From: Cenococcum geophilum
Taxonomy: Eukaryota
DNA length: 64,000 bases
Direction of reading: 5' to 3'
Assembly: GCA_050273025.1 (NCBI GenBank)
Contig: CP158635.1
Location: forward strand, 6,448,001-6,512,000
The notes below the pieces were generated by a model. That model saw nothing but the letters and a program-made list of their open reading frames with translations, was not told the DNA's origin and ran no database searches. The translations under genes and the position numbers were made by a program. Position 1 is the stretch's first letter. Each line of letters opens with the position of its first letter. This document shows, one piece after another, positions 54,155-64,000 of this stretch.

Positions 54155-54193
<39 letters not shown>
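53911..54193. repeat. (CCTA)n microsatellite ending in (CCTG)n
   Basis: About 60 CCTA units followed by about 9 CCTG units. Confidence 0.97.
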
Positions 54194-54590
54194 ATATTAG
54201 TGTATAATTTAATTTGGGGGAGGGGTCGGCCTGATTAAAGGCCCTGATTATATTCGAACGGTAGTCGTCTAGGGTGCCTCCCTAGGAGGCCTTGATTTGA
54301 TTCGGTAATAGGCCAATATTAAAGCTTTGGTTCAATTCGATCGATCAATTGATTAAATCATTCGTGGTGTTTGCTAGCTGGTTATTCAAACGGTCGTCGT
54401 CTGGTTCTAGTAACGGTCGTCTAGTTCTGGCGATAGTCGTCTAGTTCTGGCGACGGTCCTCTGCTAGCTGCTGTTCTGGTGCCTCCCTAAGTAGGGAGGA
54501 AGTAAGGAAGGAAGGAAGGGTAAAAGATAATATGGCTATATAGGGCAGAGGCACGTGTAGAGGCTATTGGGAATATAGCGGGGACCTAAT

Positions 54591-54935
54591 ACAGAGCTTT
54601 GTGTAGAGCCTCTGTACGTAGAGCTTCGTGTAGAGCCTCGTGCAGAGCTCGTGCAGAGCCTCTGTACGCAGGGCTTCGTATAAAGCCTCGTGTAGAGCCT
54701 TATGTAAAGCTTCGTGTAGAGCTTTGTATAGAGCTTCGTGTAGAGCTTCGTGTAGAGCTTCGTGCAGAGCTTTGTGCAGAGCTTCGTGCAGAGCTTCGTG
54801 CAGAGCTTTGTGCAGAGCCTCTGTACGCAGAGCTTTATATAGAGCCTCTGTACGCAGAGCTTTGTGTAGAGCTTTGTATAGAGCTTTATATAGAGCTTCG
54901 TATAGAGCTTTATATAGAGCTTTATGCAGAGCCTC
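54591..54935. repeat. 12-bp minisatellite, consensus ~TGCAGAGCTTCG
   Basis: More than 20 degenerate tandem units with C>T/G>A variants. Confidence 0.92.
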
Positions 54936-57900
54936 TAAGTAATAAGACTATATAAGATTATATAAGATTATATTAGATAATATATAATAGTTAAATATAT
55001 AGTATATAACTTTACCTTAATTACGTGTTAAGAAATATATAGTTACCTTTTAAAGTTATTAAGTAGGTTAACTGCGTATTAAGGAACATACAGTTAGCTT
55101 TTAAAGTTATTAAATAGGTTAACTACATGTCAAGAAATATATAGTTAGCTTTTAAAGTTGCTAAGTAGGTTAACTGCGTGTTATTTAACTTTTAAATGTG
55201 TCAATTTGGTTAATTGCGTGTCAAGTTAGTTAATTACGTGTCGAGTTGGTTAAATTACATGTCAATTACGCGAAATACGAAAATCAAAGTCTACTTAAAT
55301 CTCATCCTGCGAATATTTTCCCGATGAAGGTTCTATTACGGTCAACGGATGTTGAGACCCGTTAACTATTAAAGAAGCTTAATACAAGATACCTAGGTCT
55401 CTTCTAAGTTAAGGAACAAATTAGTAAGCTAGCCTACTGTCTCTAGCTACCCCTATCTATAGCCTATATATATCTAGTGTTTTATATAAACCTATTAGAG
55501 CTATAGCATAGACTACCACCAAAAAAGAACTTCCATTTAGGCCCAATTAAACACCCTAAGGTAGTAGGCGAGTGGTACGAGGTTAAAGCTATACTATGCT
55601 ATAAGTCTATTAAGAACAAGCTTTAATTTAAAGTTAAATGGCTAGGCTAGCCCGCTAAGGACTCTATATAGGAACCAAAGGATTACCTTAATTATTGCGA
55701 AGATATTCTAAAAGAATATTAGGACTAAGGTCTATAATCTATAAGTTATAAAAAGCGCTCTAATACTATAGTGTTATCGCGACCTATAAAGAAAGCTCGC
55801 GAAAAGAGTAAATAGGTTAAATTAGATATAGAATAGATAGGCTCTGGAAACTATAGAGATAGGGCTACAGCCTAAGGCAGGACGGGTCCTTAGCCTTTTT
55901 ACGTATATAGCATAGAGTTAATAGGGCATTTTGCTAGAATTGCATTTCTATTTATTAATCTATACTAGAAATATTATTTTTAGGGCTTCTAAGCCCTTTC
56001 TAAAAGCCTTTTAAGGCCTTCCTAAGCACCTAATTAAGGTCCTCGATTGCCACTATATATAAGAATAAATCCCAAATGCCTAATCTGAAAAGCCACTATG
56101 CCTTATCCTTAGGAGTAGGATTAGTATCTATTGGCCCTCTAAGGGATGGCTAACGAGAATAAGATCTAGAACCCTTAGTAGGCGTATAAGTAGGCATAAA
56201 AACAGGGGTAGGATAATAAGGTGTAGCTAGAGCAGAGACTCTTAAACGCTTAACACTAATATTAGGTCTAAACTAATACTAATAAAGCTCTTATGGCGTA
56301 AGCTTATAGTTAATAAAGATATACTTAAGCCTAGAATAAACAGAGATGTTAGCTGGCTGGTATAGTTTAGAACTACCAAGACCTTATTACGGTAACTATT
56401 AGTTACCTATCTGCTAGGTACCCGAAGGGTAGCCTACCTAATACCGTATTATGTTATGCTCTTTTAAAACTTAACGCGTATATATAAACTCCTTTCTATA
56501 GTAGACAGCGACCTTCTTTTTATTACCCCTATTTTTTACCCTATCCTTAGTATACTAACCTTACTCTCATATTAGGCGTTACTAGCTAGCTTGCTAGGAA
56601 TTATAGGCGGTGTAGATAGCTGTAGTATAGTCTTAAATTCGACCTAGATATTTAATATTAGTGCTTAAATAGAAGAGAGCCTGGGCGATGTAGTAGTTAA
56701 GGACATTAAAGGAACGTCGCCACTTAGGCCTAGGCTATTAAAGTTAATAATAGATATCTATTAAGGATAGAAAAGCTTATCTTAATGCAACTGCCGCTCT
56801 TAGTACGCATGCATTAATTATAAGGACTAAAGGTATTAGATCTAACGTAGTGCGTCTTATTATAAGCCTTTAGAATTTTATTATTAGATTTCTAGTCTTT
56901 TAAAGACGTATAGGCAAAATTATTTAGGTAGGACTAGCACTAGTTGCGGGTTAGTAGGGGTTAGGGTTCTATATGCAAAGGCAAGGCTAGAATACGCTAT
57001 AAAATTTGCTTAAAAGAGCAGTTAGTAGGAGAACAAAGAGATATATTAAATTAATAATAAAAAAGAAGAAAATCTTAATAATATATTAAAGATACGTCTA
57101 AATTGGACAAAGGTTAATAATGGGAAGTAAGGTGTTAAGGAAAAGGATTAAGCTTAATAAGTAAAGTGTCTTTATACTTTACCGTCCAATACCCTTTTAG
57201 TAAATAGCCGCAACCTTACTAATATAACTCCGTTACAATAGCGTTATTTAAAAGGAAGGAAACACGCGTATAAGTTATTTAACCATCACTTCCTTATAAA
57301 AACTAACTACGCGGCCGGGGGAAGGCAATTAAGACGTTAAATTAGACCTAAAATAATACTGTAGTATTAAAGAACAACGTTATAGACGTTCTTAACAATT
57401 GTATAATAGTTGTAATTGCTATTACGAAATGTCCCTATTTGCTAGGCAGTAGAGCTACGCCAAATATATAGCATAGGACCACCAGATTTGAAAGTATATA
57501 CACTAAATCTTAAGAGATAAGTCTCTTTAACTAATTAATTAATACCTTAACCGCATCTAATAGCCTAAGGGTAAATACGGGAGTAATGCGTTAGTGACGT
57601 AGAGGATTATAAGAAAAGGATTATAAGAAAGAATTATAGACTATATCTTAGTAGTTAAAGACAACGGCAAGCTAAGGCTCCGTATATTAAATCCTATACT
57701 AAAAGGTTCTACGGAACTATACTAGAACACTAAATTACCTATAATACTTATAAGTAATTGCAAACCGGTATAAAGGCTTAGAAGTAGAGTTATATAAAAA
57801 TCCTTATATTAGCCTAGGTAGTTACCGGCATGCTTCTAGTAGGCTTCTAATAGGTCTCCTAGCAATCTTTACGTCTTTTCTCTAGTTATATTTTTTCCTT

Positions 57901-58317
57901 ATTAAGGTTTTTTAGGAGTTTAAAGCAGGGGTTAGATAGATAGATGATATATAGCGGCATACTAATACCTCTCTAATATCTCTCCGAACCTCTTCTAGGA
58001 CGAGCCCTTATAATCTCCCTACTATAAGGTAATAGTAATCAGGGGCTGACCGTAAGAAGGGGGGGGCAATGTAAGGGATATTATTGCGGATACCTTAGGT
58101 TGCCCTCAGGACAACCCCTAGACGCCCCTTAGATAGTCGCCGGTTACGTGCTAGAAGCATGTGCCTGTAGTATATAGTCTTCACAATCCCAGAGGCCTTA
58201 CCTCCTTAAGGATTCGTCTCTCTTACCAATCTATTTTGTTCTACAATTATGTCCTTATAGCCCCCTGTCTATAAGATCCCCTTATACTTACCCTATTTTT
58301 TTTATAAATAAGGGTTA

Positions 58318-58510
58318 TATCTAAATAAGTTCGAACGGGAATTTATGGACGTAATCACGTGAGCTAAGCGAGCTTAGGAAACCCCTTAAATTCTACCTAT
58401 TTATGTACGATTAAAAGAAGAAGTCACCACTATCCAAAAGAGTATACGATACTATACGTATTTCGTGCCCCTGGATATGACTTAATTGTATTATTAAGTT
58501 AATACAAATA
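58318..58510. mobile_element. Solo LTR (193 bp) of a further family
   Basis: TSD GGTTA at 58313-17 and 58511-15; termini TATCT.../...AAATA are consistent with RIP-altered TG...CA. Removing it restores the integrase motif P(F)F.N.GYHP. Confidence 0.7.
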
Positions 58511-58846
58511 GGTTATTACCCCTAATCTAATATAGAGCTACTAAAACCTATTAATAAGAAACTAATATATAGAAAACGCCTTAAGATACTACTTACTAAC
58601 TAGTATACAGACTATATAAAAAATCTACTTAACTACTATAAGGGAGAAATAGCCTAGGCTTAAGTAAAGTAGGTTTATTTTGCTAACTATTATAAAACGC
58701 TACTACTAGAGATATATATTAGCGACTAAGTATAGCTAAATATATATAATATCTCTATATAGAGGCCTATAAAGTTACTTAATTATAAAAACCTTAGCCC
58801 CTATTTAATTAAACAAGTTATTAATAGGGGAGCTATATATAAGCTA

Positions 58847-59178
58847 TCCCTTGCATTGATAAATGCGTCCTCAGATCGTGCTCCGTGCGCATTAATTAGG
58901 AAGCTGCATACGCAGGCGGTCAATCGTTCTGCCAGAAAACTAAGATGGGGAGACGCTCGAAGGAAGGTGGTGGTCCGGGGGCTGGAGGTGGCTTTTTCGT
59001 GACCCGACTTTTGGAAAAAGGATATTGAGTAAGCTGTACAAGATCTATGTTATTAGAAGTGTAGTTACGACCCATTGTGGTGGTGTAATTAATTGATGAA
59101 GTTATCTACGTGAGGAAGTTAATATTCTTTGATCGCGTGCACGGGCCACATCTCTAAGTACACAATCAATGCAAGGGA
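58847..59178. mobile_element. MITE (332 bp), Tc1/mariner-type
   Basis: Perfect 14-bp TIR TCCCTTGCATTGAT/ATCAATGCAAGGGA flanked by TA on both sides; second imperfect inner inverted motif; no obvious RIP. Confidence 0.9.
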
Positions 59179-59350
59179 TAACTCCTACTTACCCTAGCTA
59201 CCCGTAGGATATAGCCTATATTTTACTTATAGCTACTATACCTCTATTAGCTTAACCCCTTACTAAGGTAAATATAGCCTAAACCCCTACTAGTACTAAT
59301 TTAAGATAAGAATTAAAATAAAAACTATAAGTAGTATAATAAAGCCTTAT

Positions 59351-62300
59351 TGTAATGGAGCCTTATAATAGGAACTACGGTAGACTCGTTAATAGGCTAG
59401 GTATATAGGTATTGCAAGTAAGTTAACAACGTAATAATAACTAGTGGAGTAGTTGCCTAATAGATTAACTCTAATTATATTCTAAGAATTACTATAAGGA
59501 AGGAACTATCTAGGTAGGGACTAAGGGTCCTTAAATACATAACTGTACTCCTATAAATCCTCCTTATACGTAATATACGTGTTATATATAAGGTATATAA
59601 GTTCCTCTTATTCCTCGCGTTTACTACGTAGCACGTTATATAACCTTAGCTACTATTCCTCGTTATATAGTTCCACGGGTTCCATCCTGGACTATGCTTA
59701 TATTAACTAACTAGCTTCTTCTAACTCTTCCCTAAGTAGTTGTAATATTATACTTAAAGCGTTCGTAACACTATCTCCCTCCTTTTTATCTTTGTCCTTA
59801 AAGATACCTAGTATCTCTAAGTCGTTTATTAGAGGTATAATGTCCGTTTAATTAATTTAGTTAATATTATTACTTATAATACCTAAAGCCTCTTCTTCTT
59901 TATACGCGCAACGTTATGCCCGCACTATTACTGCAATATTGTTGCTTAGTAAAATAATACTATTTTTATATTCTTGTTATTCAAAAGAGGGGTTAGTTTA
60001 TATTATGTTGGCGAGTCCTTTGTCTTAATAGCCCTCTTCTTATTTAGAGTGTACTAAAGTAAACATTTAATCGTCTTATAATGTTTACTTTACTTTTAAC
60101 GCTAAATATACGCGTCTTATAACTCTTAATAGTCTCTAAGTTCTCTAAGTAATTTATTATAGGGTCTCGTGTTTAATTTACTGCTGTAAAGCTTAATAGT
60201 AACCTGGCGTAGGCCCTTGCGAAGCTTAAGTGTTCTTAGGATACGGAACAGAAGGCCCTAGATGCCCGCATTACGGCGTCTGCCCATCTACTTTATCTTA
60301 AGAAAGTTTATAAAAAGGTCCGTTTTAAGGAGTAAAAACTTATAGAATAAGGTTTATAGGAACTTAGTAATAAAAGAACGGATTCTCTTCTAATAGAGAA
60401 GGAAATAACTCTAAGTAGTTCGGCAGTCGCTCTTCCTAGGTCCCCCTTAGGTGGCTTATTCTTTAGTGATTCCTCTTTATTAATATTACCTGGCCTTTTC
60501 TCTTCCGATACTCCTATACCTTTCCTATAGTATTTTTTAGGTTCTCTAGTAGTTCCTAGGTAGTCTTATCGTAGCCTATCTACTTTACTTTATACTATAT
60601 TTTATCGTCTATGTCCTTATAACTAACAATTCTTAAAACTTACTATTTGTTTTCTTCTTATCCTCTATATGTGTCTACCTTGTAGACCAGTGGCTTAATA
60701 TTCCTATATACTAGTTCTAGCATTGCGATGTGTTATATAGGGTAGATCTTTATCCTAGTTAGTAGGTTTAACTTAAATATAACTAGTGAAATTTTCTGTA
60801 TAATTTTAAAAGGTCCTAGTCTGACGTGGTCTAACTTCTTACTTAGTTATTAACTTTTGAAATTTTTATATAGTAGCCATACTTTATCTCCCTCCTTAAG
60901 ATCTGGTCCCTTAGATCTCTTAGCATTATAGTACCTTTTTATCCTTTACTATACCACTTTAGCTATTTCTATAAGGTCTATATAAAGATTTATTAAACTC
61001 TTTATTCGTTACTTAGCTATATTACTTATCTTCTTTACTTAATATAGTAATAATAAGGTCCTTAGTTTATATCCGTAATTCACCTTAAATAGTAACATAC
61101 CTATTCCTTCTTATGGTGTTGCATTATATATAAATTATATAACTAGTAATAGTAATACCTAATTATTTTATGTATAATTAATATAATGCCTTAAATACTG
61201 TTCTAGTATCTAATTTAATTTTTCTGTTTAACCATCTGTCTATAGATAATATGCAGTAGAAGTTACTACTTAAATTCCTTGCTCTACTAAGAACACTTCC
61301 TAGAATACTACTATAAATCTTAGATCTCTATCCAATATAATTTTACTTAGTGCCCTATATCTTATAAACACTTCTTTAATATAGATTTTAGCAATATCTT
61401 TCGCTAATATTTCTTCTAAATATGCTATAAAGTATCCCCACTTCGTAAGCTTATCTACTATTACTAAAATTACATTATAATCTTATCTGGTAATAGGATC
61501 TCTTAACTTTAGTAACTTTATAATAAAGTCCTATAATATAACCTCCTATAGTCTCTCTAGTATTTTAATAGGTTATAGCCCTCTATATAGCTTATATTTT
61601 ATTAGTTTGTTCCTTTAGTAATTTAAATATTCTTTTATAACTTGCCTAGCTAGTCCCCAAATTCCATTAATAATATACTCCTCTTAAAGCCTTAACACTA
61701 AGCCTATAGCTCCGTTATGTCTTTAAGTTAGTTCTCTATAAAATAACTTAATAAACTCCTTTGTGATAGATCTTAGTACATATATTACTTCTTAATTTTT
61801 ATACTGCTCTAAGTCTAGATCCTCTGTTTATATGTCTAGGATCTTTTATATTTAATTACTTTCTAGTAATTTGTAGATTTTTTCTTCTTGTGTTATTATA
61901 ATCTTTAGATAATTATACCTAATTAATCTATCTATGTCTTTTCGCAACAAAGCCCCTAATGGCTTTTTATTATTTTATAGTTTAGCCCTTCTACTTAGGG
62001 CGTCTGCTTGTGCATTTTCTATACCCTTAGTATACTAAATCTTAAAATGGTATTCTATAAGTATCTCCGCCTATCTAACCTATCTGCGATTAAGTTCTTT
62101 CGTTATTAGGAACCCTGCTAGGTTCTTATAATCCGTCTTAACTATAAATAGTTTTTCTATACCTTATAAGAATAATCTCTATTCCTTTAGTGCTGTAACT
62201 ATTCCTAATAACTCCTTGTTATAGATATTATAGTTTAGTTCTAGTGGTGTTATCTTCTAACTATAATATGCCACTAGGTGCCATCTATCTTTATATTTCT

Positions 62301-64000
62301 ATAGAAAGTACGCTTTTAGTGCATAGTCTAATATATCTATTTCGACTACTATCTCTAGCTATAGTTAATAGATTTTAAGAACTGGCTCCTAGGTAAACAA
62401 CTATTTAATTTTCTTAAATAGTCCTTTTTATTTCTCTCCCTATACCTATAGTTCTTCCTTTTTTATTAGTCTTATAAGTGGCTTAATGTCCTTTAACTAT
62501 TAAGCTATAAACCTTTTATAGTAATTGCAGAACCCTAGAAATGACCTTAACTATATTATATTTTCTAGTTCTTGCTAATTTACTATAGCCTTAATCTTTT
62601 TTAGATCTATACTAAGTTAGCCTAGTTTAATAATAAATTTAATAAAATCTGTCTTCCTAGTAAAGAACTCGCATTTTTTAATTACTACTAGTATCTATTC
62701 TTCTTATAGTCTTTTTAAGACCTATTTAACGTGTTTCCTATATTCTTCCTTACTTATTAAGTAGATAATAATATTATTAAGGTATACCATAACAAATTTA
62801 TCTAAATATTCTCTTAATATATTGTTAATACGCTTCTAAAACGTTGCTAGTGCGTTTATAAGCCTAAATTGCATAACTAGTAGTTTATATAGTTTTTCCT
62901 TTAACCTAAAGGCTGCCTTTTATTCATTACCTTCCTTAATTCTAATTTAATAGTACGCCTATCTTAGATCTATCTTTGTAAAGATTTATACGTTGCCGAT
63001 CCTATCTTAGATTTCGCTAATTAAGGGTAAAGGATACCTATCCTTCCTAGTAATGCTATTTAACTATTTATAGTTAATATATAGTCTTAGTTTTCTATTC
63101 TTCTTTAGTACAAATAGTACTAGATATCCCGCTAATAATTGCGATAGTTTGATGTATCCCTTTTATAGATTTTCCTAGATAAACTCTTTTAGTGCTCTCC
63201 CTTTTTCTTTAGTAAGCTTATAGATTAAAAAGAACCTTAGACTTATTTCTAGTTTTAATTCTATCTTATAGTCCTATACTATATAATTTAATAACTTTTT
63301 ACTTTCCGGTAACTATAATTTTTTACTATACTTATAGTATCTTTCTGGTATATAGCTTAGTTCTTTTTCTATTTCTTTATAGATCGCCCCTACTTAGTAC
63401 TATACTATCTTGGCTTATTATCGCATCTTACGGCGTTATATATTATTAATATTAACTTAACCTATAACCTAATTAATCTTTAGATTATATTTCTATAACT
63501 AAGGTATTCCTAATACTGCCTTATTATTCCCTAATGGTAATATATTAAAAGATATCTTAATTTATCTCCCTTTAATAGTTATCTAAACTGGTCCTGTTTT
63601 AAGATTAATAATGCCTCCTCTATAGGCTATTAGATCTCCTAAAATCGTTACTAGTAGGTAAGAGTGCTCCTTTTGCCTATATAGTAGCCCCATCCTTTTA
63701 ACTACTATTAGTGAGATATGGTTTCGTATTACTCTACTATCTACTAACGCTTTAAACTGTTAATCTTGCTATTTAACTTTTAGGTTTAGGTATTGTCCTT
63801 AAATTCCTTTAAGGGTCTAAGGCTCTACTACTAGCTCCCTCTGGTCCTATAGGCCTCTACTTTTCCTAACTATTAGCTACTTAATCCTGTTATACTTAGC
63901 TCTTTCTTTAGCTAATACCTAGTTTGCTTTTTGTCTTTAATATACTATAAATAGGTATTCTCTAAACATTCCTACTATTATTATCCATCTAAGCATTCTT
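59351..64000 (-). mobile_element. Ty3/Gypsy chromovirus, family A copy 3 (3' LTR through protease; continues beyond the window)
   Basis: LTR 59351-59770 (TG...CA), PPT complement, then sequence colinear with 18314-22560. Confidence 0.93.
59879..60490 (+). pseudogene. Antisense accessory gene of Gypsy family A, copy 3
   Basis: Same Cys spacing as copies 1 and 2; inferred 55-nt intron 60108-60162; end approximate. Confidence 0.6.

Larger units (their letters stand above)
53215..55326. mobile_element. Non-autonomous CMC/CACTA-like DNA element filled with tandem repeats
   Basis: 14-bp TIR CATCGG(C/G)AAAATAT; 2-bp TSD AA (removing the element restores host GDKVLL); subterminal CTGCGTGTCAA-type repeats at 55020-55265 with an inverted copy at ~53327. 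Confidence 0.72.
39388..58286 (+). mobile_element. Ty3/Gypsy chromovirus family C, full-length, with two nested insertions and a long 3' region
   Basis: 217-bp LTRs at 39388-39604 and 58070-58286; TSD CTTAC on both sides; PPT AAGAAGGGGGGGG; RT YLDD ~42840; integrase split at 44482; chromodomain EWYEVxAI..VKWLGW..STWEP ~55570-55720. Confidence 0.92.
30638..59350 (+). mobile_element. Ty3/Gypsy family B plus-strand copy, fragmented by six direct insertions; 3' end outside the window
   Basis: 5' LTR 30638-30830; gag 30830-31209 and 34392-36170; possible A-AAA-AAC slippery site ~36151; protease (LIDCGA-like ~36325); RT (YLDD ~37535); RNase H; integrase 38700-39387, resuming at 58292; probable start of a chromodomain ~59320. 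Confidence 0.82.
16430..64000. repeat. AT-rich, RIP-mutated nested transposon block
   Basis: Abrupt depletion of CpA/TpG and excess of TpA. TE reading frames are broken mainly by TAA/TAG at positions expected to be CAA/CAG/TGG. Confidence 0.95.

Noticed and set aside
54599..54955. ORFs of 118 and 100 aa (ELRAELRV / RASCRASC repeats)
   Set aside because: Translation artefacts of the 12-bp minisatellite inside the CACTA-like element.
53500..55270. Regularly spaced repeats resembling a CRISPR array or telomeric tract
   Set aside because: No unique spacers, eukaryotic context, and CCTA is not the CCCTAA telomere unit; all lie within a TIR element.
16365..64000. Possible Starship or other giant cargo element
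   Set aside because: No tyrosine-recombinase captain or intact cargo genes recognised; the block is explained by nested conventional TEs.

Overview
Genomic DNA of a filamentous ascomycete (Pezizomycotina-type introns, strong RIP), in two parts. (1) Positions 1-~16,360 are GC-balanced and gene-rich: a Doa4/Ubp4-type deubiquitinase (runs off the left edge) head-to-head with VPS27, a GT32-like DXD glycosyltransferase, an alpha/beta-hydrolase-fold gene with a 615-nt intron, a decayed HXXXD acyltransferase pseudogene and a hypothetical protein. (2) From ~16,365 to the end is an AT-rich, RIP-mutated block of nested transposons, most of whose junctions can be resolved by target-site duplications (TSDs). 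It holds a Mutator-like DNA transposon, three Ty3/Gypsy chromovirus families (A, three copies plus a solo LTR; B, two copies; C, one copy), two further solo LTRs, a 5'-truncated Tad1-like LINE, a CACTA-like non-autonomous element and a RIP-free MITE. The best candidate for something new is a ~950-bp non-autonomous LINE-like element with a 15-bp TSD and a Tad1-type 3' end, whose first ~115 nt fold into an HDV-like self-cleaving ribozyme starting at the 5' junction. Next is a spliced antisense Zn-cluster/coiled-coil gene carried by all three family-A Gypsy copies. All calls come from reading the sequence by eye; RIP-corrected translations are inferences.
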